32,120 bases of DNA, from NCBI GenBank assembly GCA_964590575.1, contig CAZPWM010000032.1:1-32120 (forward strand), read 5' to 3'. This DNA is from an uncultured archaeon (GTDB lineage Archaea > Asgardarchaeota > Thorarchaeia > Thorarchaeales > Thorarchaeaceae). Made by a program: the position numbers and the translations under genes. This document shows positions 25,588 to 32,120 of this stretch, piece by piece. The notes below the pieces were generated by a model that did no database searches, was not told where the DNA came from, and saw only the letters and a program-made list of their open reading frames with translations. Within the stretch, counting starts at the first letter, position 1; every line of letters begins with the position of its first letter.

Positions 25588-26861
25588 GTATGAATATGTT
25601 TATTGCTCGCTCAACCAATGAGAGTCTACTGGAGAGAGGAGAAACCGGTGGAGCAGTCACCGCTGTTCTCAAGTGTGCTCTTGAGAACGGGGACATTGAT
25701 GGTGTCGTTACAGTCAGGTCAAAGAAAGGCGACAGGTTTTCTGGCATACCGGTTTTAATAACAGACCCAGAGGATCTCGTTGATACAGCAGGATCCCTTC
25801 ATTGCTCATTGCCGAACATCCCCCGCTTTGTTAAGGAGTACCTAGGTGGTGCTGCCCACATGAAGTTGGCTGTAGTGGGTAAACCCTGTGATATACGAGC
25901 CATCATTGAGCTCCAGAAGAGAAAGCAGATTGACATTGACAATGTAATCCTTATCGGTCTCAATTGCACAGGAACCATCGCGCCAGCAGTTGCTAGGAAG
26001 ATGTATACTGAGGACTTCAAGGTTGATCCAAGCGATGTTATTCGCGAAGACATCGATAATGGAGAGCTGACGATTACTCTGAAGGATGGAACTACAAAAT
26101 CAAAGGACCTTGCTAAACTGGAAAAGAAGGGTTTGGGTCGTCGAGAGAATTGCAGACGCTGCGAGTATAACATCCCTACCTTTGCAGACTTGGCATTTGG
26201 CAAATGGGGGACTGAGGATCTCGAAGATGTTGGGACTTTCGTTGAAGTGCGGACTGAGAAAGGAAAGACTCTGCTTGATAGAGCCATCGATAAGAAGTGC
26301 ATCGAAGTCACTACTCCATCAAAGATAGGCATCGAAACAAGGGAGCAAAAGGATAAGACAGCAATCGAAAGTGCTAAGGAATGGAGAGAACACGATTTCA
26401 GTCCTCTACTCAAAATGGACCTTCCAGAACGTTACAAGTACTGGACAGAAGAGTTCAGAAAATGCATCAAGTGCTTTGGTTGCCGAGACGCATGTCCAAT
26501 TTGCTACTGTGAAACATGTCTGCTTGAAGCCAATAGAGAGTTTCTTGTTGGTGGTGAAGTCCCTCCCAATGGTATATTTCCTATAACTAGGCTTGCACAT
26601 GTTGCTGATTCGTGCGTTGGTTGTGGACAGTGTCAGGATGCTTGTCCAATGGAGCTACCTCTATCGAAATTATTCACTCTCATGAACTCACAACTCAATG
26701 AGGTATTCGACTATGAACCAGGAGTTGATGTTGAGGAACGACCTCCAACAACGGTAGCCAGAGATGAGGAACTACAAATAGATGATACATTTCTGAACAT
26801 CACAAGCGCACTCAAAAGAAATCATGAGAAGAAAGAGGAAGTCATGACGGGTGGTAAATAA
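25584..26861 (+). CDS. fdhB: Formate dehydrogenase beta subunit (FrhB/FdhB F420-binding fold + C-terminal ferredoxin)
   Basis: GGAVT, AGSLHC, GKPCD, IGLNCTGT, RRENCRRC, CIKCFGCRDACPICYC, CVGCGQCQDACP. Confidence 0.9.
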   Translation: MSMNMFIARSTNESLLERGETGGAVTAVLKCALENGDIDGVVTVRSKKGDRFSGIPVLITDPEDLVDTAGSLHCSLPNIPRFVKEYLGGAAHMKLAVVGKPCDIRAIIELQKRKQIDIDNVILIGLNCTGTIAPAVARKMYTEDFKVDPSDVIREDIDNGELTITLKDGTTKSKDLAKLEKKGLGRRENCRRCEYNIPTFADLAFGKWGTEDLEDVGTFVEVRTEKGKTLLDRAIDKKCIEVTTPSKIGIETREQKDKTAIESAKEWREHDFSPLLKMDLPERYKYWTEEFRKCIKCFGCRDACPICYCETCLLEANREFLVGGEVPPNGIFPITRLAHVADSCVGCGQCQDACPMELPLSKLFTLMNSQLNEVFDYEPGVDVEERPPTTVARDEELQIDDTFLNITSALKRNHEKKEEVMTGGK

Positions 26862-26988
26862 AAATGAAGTTATTGTCGTGATTTTAGTGGTCCTATTGAA
26901 GCAGGATAACTTAGCATGATCCGACTATCAATTATAAAATAGCGAGAATACTTTAAGCACAAGAACTTGTATTTCTCAATGTGATACT

Positions 26989-27822
26989 ATGACGCTTAAC
27001 ATTCCATCTCTCCGGAAGGAATTCGAAGGTCCCCACCATCTACTCACAACCTCAGACAATCAGATTCTCTTCCTGAGAAAGTGGGAACCTGGAATGGAGG
27101 AGATTAAAGACACAGCAATTCTATTATTCCATGGAATAACTGCATATAGTGGACCATATGGATTGATTACTAAACCCCTTACAGAATTAGGTTTCTCGGT
27201 GTATGGCCTTGATCTAAGAGGGCATGGGCTATCAGACGGGAACAGAGGTGACTCTCCCAGCATGAACAGATTCGTCAAGGACCTCTGTGAATCAATCCAG
27301 TTTGTCAAACAGCTTCACTCTAAAGTCGTACTCTTGGGTCACAGTCTTGGAGTTCTCTCAAGTCTGATTGCTCTCAACAACTGCCTTGAGAATATAGATG
27401 GTGCTGCACTCCTAAGTGGAGCTCGTATTACTAAATCAAATTTATATGCTGAAATGTCCCTGACTCAAAAACTGAATATTCTGCTAAACTCGATTTTCAG
27501 ACCAAGCAAACCAGTGATTCGATACTACCGTGAAGGAATGATAGGACTAGATAATCCTCTCTTTAATTTCAGCTACACATACCGTTTCATGAAAATTGTC
27601 AGTCTTCGAGATTTCACGTTTCCTGAGCTTGGAGAAATGCCTGTCTTCGTTGGAATTGGCGACAATGATGAACTATTCTCAGTTGAGGACTGTCGAGCGC
27701 TCTTTGATGAGGTACCATCTACGAACAAGATGTTTCATATTGCTGTAGGTGCAAAACATTCCGAATTTCCGCCTGGGAGTTGGGATCCACTTGGTAGATG
27801 GCTTGATGAGCAGTTTGACTAA
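26989..27822 (+). CDS. Alpha/beta hydrolase (lysophospholipase / monoglyceride lipase-like)
   Basis: LLFHG, DLRGHGLS, nucleophile motif GHSLG, GDNDE, AKH. Confidence 0.88.
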   Translation: MTLNIPSLRKEFEGPHHLLTTSDNQILFLRKWEPGMEEIKDTAILLFHGITAYSGPYGLITKPLTELGFSVYGLDLRGHGLSDGNRGDSPSMNRFVKDLCESIQFVKQLHSKVVLLGHSLGVLSSLIALNNCLENIDGAALLSGARITKSNLYAEMSLTQKLNILLNSIFRPSKPVIRYYREGMIGLDNPLFNFSYTYRFMKIVSLRDFTFPELGEMPVFVGIGDNDELFSVEDCRALFDEVPSTNKMFHIAVGAKHSEFPPGSWDPLGRWLDEQFD

Positions 27823-27909
27823 AGTGGACATTTTTTGGTAGGTAGCATAGCTCTTAAGTGATTAAGGAGTATCAGTTAGAATCTGCCTCTTTCAGTGGAG
27901 TTGTCAGAA

Positions 27910-29373
27910 ATGGTTCTGAAGACAGGAGAAGAATACATCGAGAGTTTGAGAAAGCGTGGGCCTCTCACAATCTACATGCTCGGCGAAAAGGTAGAGAATC
28001 CAGTCGATCATCCCATAATCAGAGCATCAATCAACTCGGTAGCTCTTACCTACGATTTGGCTCACAATCCCGAGTTTTCAGATTTAATGACCGCAAAGTC
28101 AGTAATCACAGGAAACACGATCAATAGATTCTGTCACCTACACAAAAGCACGGAGGACCTTCAGAATAAAGTCAAGATGCTGCGTGTGTTGGGTCAGGCA
28201 TCGGGGACATGTTTCCAGAGATGTGTAGGAATGGATTCCCTCAATGCAGTCTATCTCACAACATATGAGATTGACCAGCAGTTCCAGACTGATTACAACC
28301 AGAGATTCATCGACTATATCAAAATGGCAGAGGCTGAAGATTGGGTCATCGATGGATGTATGACTGACCCTAAGGGTGACCGAAGCAAACGACCCTCAGA
28401 GCAACAAGACCCTGATGTCTATGTGCATGTTGTTGAGCGAAGAAATGATGGTGTTGTGATACGCGGGGCAAAGGCTCATCAAACAGGAGCTATCAACTCG
28501 CATGAGCATCTCATCATGCCAACATTATCTATGCGGAATGAAGACAAGGACTATGCAATCTGCTGCTCTGTTCCTGCTGACGCTAAGGGCATCACATACT
28601 ATTACGGACGACAATCATGTGACCTTCGTCGTCTTGACGAAACAGAAGCAGGAGATGTGGATTGTGGCAATCCGCTCTTCGGTGGGCAAGAATGTCTTAT
28701 CGTGTTTGATGATGTCTTTGTTCCGAATGAGCGAATCTTCATGAACGGCGAGAGCGAGTTCTGTACTCGGCTTGTTGAATCTTTTTCAGCCTATCACAGA
28801 CAGAGCTATGGTGGATGCAAGGTAGGAGTGGGTGATGTGCTGGTGGGTGCTGCTGCGTCTATTGCTGAATACAATGGCGTTGAGAAGGCGTCCCACATAC
28901 GGGATAAAATCACCGAAATGATCCACCTTAATGAGACCCTATACTCATGTGGAATAGCTTGTTCAGCTGCAGGTCATAAGACACCTGCGGGAAATTATCT
29001 AGTTGACCTCCTTCTGGCGAATGTGTGCAAGCAGAATGTGACGAGGTTTCCCTACGAAATATCCCGACTCTTGCAAGACATCGCGGGTGGTCTCTTTGTG
29101 ACCTGTCCAAGTGCCAGAGAATTAAGGAATCCAGAAACTCGTGAAATCGTAGAGAAATATTTGGTCGGAGCAGAGGGTGTCGATACGTTGGACCGTATCA
29201 AGATACTGCGATTGATTGAGAATCTAACGCTCGGACGAGCTGCAGTAGGGTATCTAACAGAATCTATGCATGGGGCTGGATCTCCTCAAGCTCAGAGAAT
29301 CATGATAAACCGCTTGAGCGATTTGGAGAAGAAGAAGAAATTGGCGAAGAATTTAGCTCAAGTTTCTGATTAA
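27910..29373 (+). CDS. abfD: 4-hydroxybutyryl-CoA dehydratase / vinylacetyl-CoA isomerase
   Basis: CFQRCVGMD, MTDPKGDRS, GAKAHQTG, YHRQSYGGCK (3 Cys + His cluster ligands), ESMHGAGSPQAQ; ATG 27910 after GGAG. Confidence 0.92.
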   Translation: MVLKTGEEYIESLRKRGPLTIYMLGEKVENPVDHPIIRASINSVALTYDLAHNPEFSDLMTAKSVITGNTINRFCHLHKSTEDLQNKVKMLRVLGQASGTCFQRCVGMDSLNAVYLTTYEIDQQFQTDYNQRFIDYIKMAEAEDWVIDGCMTDPKGDRSKRPSEQQDPDVYVHVVERRNDGVVIRGAKAHQTGAINSHEHLIMPTLSMRNEDKDYAICCSVPADAKGITYYYGRQSCDLRRLDETEAGDVDCGNPLFGGQECLIVFDDVFVPNERIFMNGESEFCTRLVESFSAYHRQSYGGCKVGVGDVLVGAAASIAEYNGVEKASHIRDKITEMIHLNETLYSCGIACSAAGHKTPAGNYLVDLLLANVCKQNVTRFPYEISRLLQDIAGGLFVTCPSARELRNPETREIVEKYLVGAEGVDTLDRIKILRLIENLTLGRAAVGYLTESMHGAGSPQAQRIMINRLSDLEKKKKLAKNLAQVSD

Positions 29374-29392
29374 ATTCCGAGAAATCCATTCG

Positions 29393-30304
29393 TCAACTAC
29401 TATCCTCGAAAAGACGCCTAAGCTCAGTTATACCTGGCCAATCAAATAGATTATTAGAATATAAGACAAGTGTCGACAGTGATTTCACAAATGGTGCCCT
29501 TTTCACAACTCTTGCAATGGACTCGATAGCTTCAAGATCTTCTACAACGAACCTAGCAAAAACAACAGGGAGCGCAGCGCTAACAAATGGTGACCAGAAT
29601 TCTAGTGGATATTCATTCCGAAGCCAATCTATAACAACTTCATGATCTGAATTCTTCTCATCCCACTCAATTCGTAATAGAACCTCATTGAGCCCACCTT
29701 TACTTAGATTCCACAAGACTGCAAACAGAATTCCCTCACCTTCTTGTAACTCAGCTATTGTCCTCCGAACTCTTCTTGCGGACATTCCTGCTAGTTCTGC
29801 TATCTCCATGATAGATATTCGTGGGTTGTCAACTAGATACTTCACAACCCGCAGCTGCAGTTTTGTCAATGTGATTTTGTGTCCTCTCGGATAAAGAAGC
29901 ACATGAATGTCTGAATTTGTAACTGGTGCCAGTGTTCGGATGAATGTACCAAAATCTGATAGAGCTGGAAGGCCACTGGTTACAGCAAAGACAGCGTATA
30001 ACCCTCCTTTGCCACAAGCAATAGAGCTCATTTGGATTACAGAAGGATTGTTTCCTACTTCTTCGATGAAATCTTCTTCAAATTCCGAACCATCTGTCTG
30101 GATTATAGCTAGAAGGAGATCAGAGTCAATCATCTCAAAGTTGAGAGTTGTAATGAAGCGATCAATCACACCTTGTTCCATTAATTTTATGACTCTCTTT
30201 TTTACAGCATTAGCTGATAGGTCTAGTTTGTCTGCCATTTTTTGGTATGTTATTCTACAATCTGAATCAAGTGCTAATATTATTCTCTTGTCGATGTCAT
30301 CCAT
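29393..30304 (-). CDS. Lrp/AsnC-family regulator with tandem HTH-RAM repeats
   Basis: MDDIDKRIILALDSDCRITY..LSANAVKKR and second HTH LVDNPRISIMEIAELAGMSARRV; ATG 30304 preferred. Confidence 0.85.
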   Translation of the reverse strand: MDDIDKRIILALDSDCRITYQKMADKLDLSANAVKKRVIKLMEQGVIDRFITTLNFEMIDSDLLLAIIQTDGSEFEEDFIEEVGNNPSVIQMSSIACGKGGLYAVFAVTSGLPALSDFGTFIRTLAPVTNSDIHVLLYPRGHKITLTKLQLRVVKYLVDNPRISIMEIAELAGMSARRVRRTIAELQEGEGILFAVLWNLSKGGLNEVLLRIEWDEKNSDHEVVIDWLRNEYPLEFWSPFVSAALPVVFARFVVEDLEAIESIARVVKRAPFVKSLSTLVLYSNNLFDWPGITELRRLFEDSS

Positions 30305-30457
30305 AGATATCACATCATCCAAAGATGCAACACACTTTCAAATCCTATCCATTTGTGTTTCGGTTAGGCTGAGTGAAACGAGAAGCTATTTTCCGAACCT
30401 GCAGGTGTAGGCCATTTCATATTCAATTCAGGAGAACTCTATTCTGTGAAGTGGAAG

Positions 30458-30826
30458 ATGACACTCGATTTGAAAGAAAAATACACCAAAGCTGTAACTA
30501 CCCTTAGAGACCCTAGTGGCTCAGATGAGGTGACAACATTGATTCATCGTACACCCTGGGTCCGTATCCTACTTGAACACGACCAACAAGAAAGTGATTC
30601 CCTGTTTATTGAAGTTGAAATGTCTCTTCCTGAATCAGCTGAAACTGGAAACGCGGATGCTTCAGAACTTATAGTAAAGCTCTCTGAGCATTTGCAATAT
30701 CTTCAGAAACTCAGGAGCGCTGGTTTTGAGTTGTCAGTCATTGGCTCCGGTTGCATTTACTGTGCTTCGAAAGAACTTCAAGAACCTCCTGAAGACAACA
30801 TATTTACCTCACTAATACCTCCATAG
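30458..30826 (+). CDS. Hypothetical protein
   Basis: Open frame of ~122 aa with normal composition between two Lrp genes; no motif recognised. Confidence 0.65.
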   Translation: MTLDLKEKYTKAVTTLRDPSGSDEVTTLIHRTPWVRILLEHDQQESDSLFIEVEMSLPESAETGNADASELIVKLSEHLQYLQKLRSAGFELSVIGSGCIYCASKELQEPPEDNIFTSLIPP

Positions 30827-30846
30827 ACTGTTTACAGACAGTCAAG

Positions 30847-31770
30847 GTGGAGCTCTTGGACCTGATCGATAAACGCATTCTTCTTGCTCTTGATGAGAAT
30901 TGTAGATTATCGTATCAAGCACTAGCTGAGAGGATTGGTTTAACAGCCAATGCAATTAGAAAAAGAATGGACCGGCTAATTGAAACTGGTGTCATTGAGG
31001 AGTTCTCTGTGATTTTGAAATCAGCAATGATGAACTCCGATTATCTGGTTGCATTAGTTTCTACAGACGGTTCTGAGGATGAGGAGGAGTTCATGGAACA
31101 GATTGGTTCCAATTTAATGGTTATACAAGTGGGTCAAATCGTAACTGGTAGTGGTCGACTTTACTTCATCTATTCCGAGTATGTGGGTGTTGAGGGGCTT
31201 CAGAATCTCAGTACATTCTTTCGAACACTTGAATCAGTGACCAACATCGAGTTACACACCACTTTGACACAACGTGGTGAGAAGTTTGATATCAAGAAAC
31301 TGCACCTTCGTGTATTGAAACATCTTCTCGTGGACGCTCGAATGCAGGTCAGTGAGATATCAGAACGTACGGGTTTGACAGCAAGACGGGTCGGTAGGGC
31401 TATTCAGGAGATGTTGGATAGCAATGCGTTCTGGTTTGCTGCGCGATGGAATCTGAGCCTCGGGAACAACACCGAGTTCTATCTCAAGGTAACGTATGAT
31501 GAACAAACTGCAATAATGGATGAGATTGACGAGTGGTTTCGCAACAGCTTTCCAGATGAATACTGGTTCTTGTTTAACTCCGCAATGGAGCCAATCCTTT
31601 TTGCAAAGTTTGTAACTGAACACTTTCGGGATGCTGAGCAGGTTTCAAGAATTACTAAAAATGCACCATTCACAAAAACCGTTGATATCCTTCTCTCATA
31701 TCCGGTGAAGAAGTTCCCAAGGCTTGGTCGAATTAAGATTGAGCAAATGATTGGCGATGCTGGTATTTAG
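30847..31770 (+). CDS. Second tandem-domain Lrp/AsnC-family regulator
   Basis: LDLIDKRILLALDENCRLSY..LTANAIRKR; second HTH DARMQVSEISERTGLTARRV. Confidence 0.85.
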   Translation: MELLDLIDKRILLALDENCRLSYQALAERIGLTANAIRKRMDRLIETGVIEEFSVILKSAMMNSDYLVALVSTDGSEDEEEFMEQIGSNLMVIQVGQIVTGSGRLYFIYSEYVGVEGLQNLSTFFRTLESVTNIELHTTLTQRGEKFDIKKLHLRVLKHLLVDARMQVSEISERTGLTARRVGRAIQEMLDSNAFWFAARWNLSLGNNTEFYLKVTYDEQTAIMDEIDEWFRNSFPDEYWFLFNSAMEPILFAKFVTEHFRDAEQVSRITKNAPFTKTVDILLSYPVKKFPRLGRIKIEQMIGDAGI

Positions 31771-31850
31771 TCTTGAACAAGATTTTTCTCTAAGTAGAGT
31801 GTTTTCATATTAATGCGACAACTGTTCCAGCTGTTAGAGGGAGAGCGGCG

Positions 31851-32120
31851 ATGGAACCAATCGGAACGATAACACAGTATTTCCCCTTCATAGATGAGGA
31901 AACCAGGAATGTACTAGAGAACACGATGACGGAGGCATCAGACTATTACGACTTTGTAGAACGATTGCGTGACCTAGTTCTCAACACCGATTGCCCGATT
32001 ATGGTTGTTTATTTTGCGATTCATCATTCAATGATTGCATTAGATTACAAACCCATTGATAAAATCAGAGAGAAATATGGGGACCATCAAATACTCGGTC
32101 CAAACCTGTACTACTCTTCA
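31851..32120 (+). CDS. 3'-truncated hypothetical protein (MEPIGTITQYFPFIDEETRNVLE...), absent from ORF track
   Basis: ATG at 31851 after GAGGGAG; 90 codons open to the window end. Confidence 0.75.
   Translation, partial: MEPIGTITQYFPFIDEETRNVLENTMTEASDYYDFVERLRDLVLNTDCPIMVVYFAIHHSMIALDYKPIDKIREKYGDHQILGPNLYYSS

Overview
Archaeal anaerobic energy-metabolism region, most consistent with an Asgard archaeon (probably Thorarchaeota; inferred from gene families and a eukaryote-type SECIS, not from a marker gene). In order: a 5'-truncated PAS/histidine-kinase-like protein with a C-terminal CxxC thioredoxin domain; trmO; a corrinoid protein flanked by two MtaA/UroD-family methyltransferases; GTP-PEPCK; and a ~10 kb hdrA(L)-hdrC-hdrB-hdrA'-hdrA''-mvhD-wHTH-vhuG-vhuA operon. 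The operon ends in a gene missing from the ORF track: a 50-codon selenoprotein vhuU (17349-17501, in-frame TGA at 17415) that supplies the C-terminal Ni-binding motif absent from VhuA. A eukaryote-like SECIS follows, and its AUGA core is the gene's own stop codon. Next is a ~4 kb accessory stretch punctuated by four same-orientation copies of a ~35-40 nt hairpin plus pyrimidine-tract element; it holds a small ORF/nucleotidyltransferase pair, an acyl-CoA ligase and two tandem single-OB SSB genes whose ~165-nt upstream regions are ~86% identical while the proteins are ~65% identical. The rest holds an ornithine cyclodeaminase-family gene, an mvhD-fdhA-fdhB operon, an alpha/beta hydrolase, 4-hydroxybutyryl-CoA dehydratase, two double-domain Lrp/AsnC regulators and a 3'-truncated ORF. 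No rRNA, tRNA, CRISPR array or transposase was seen. All calls come from motif recognition by eye; no searches were run.
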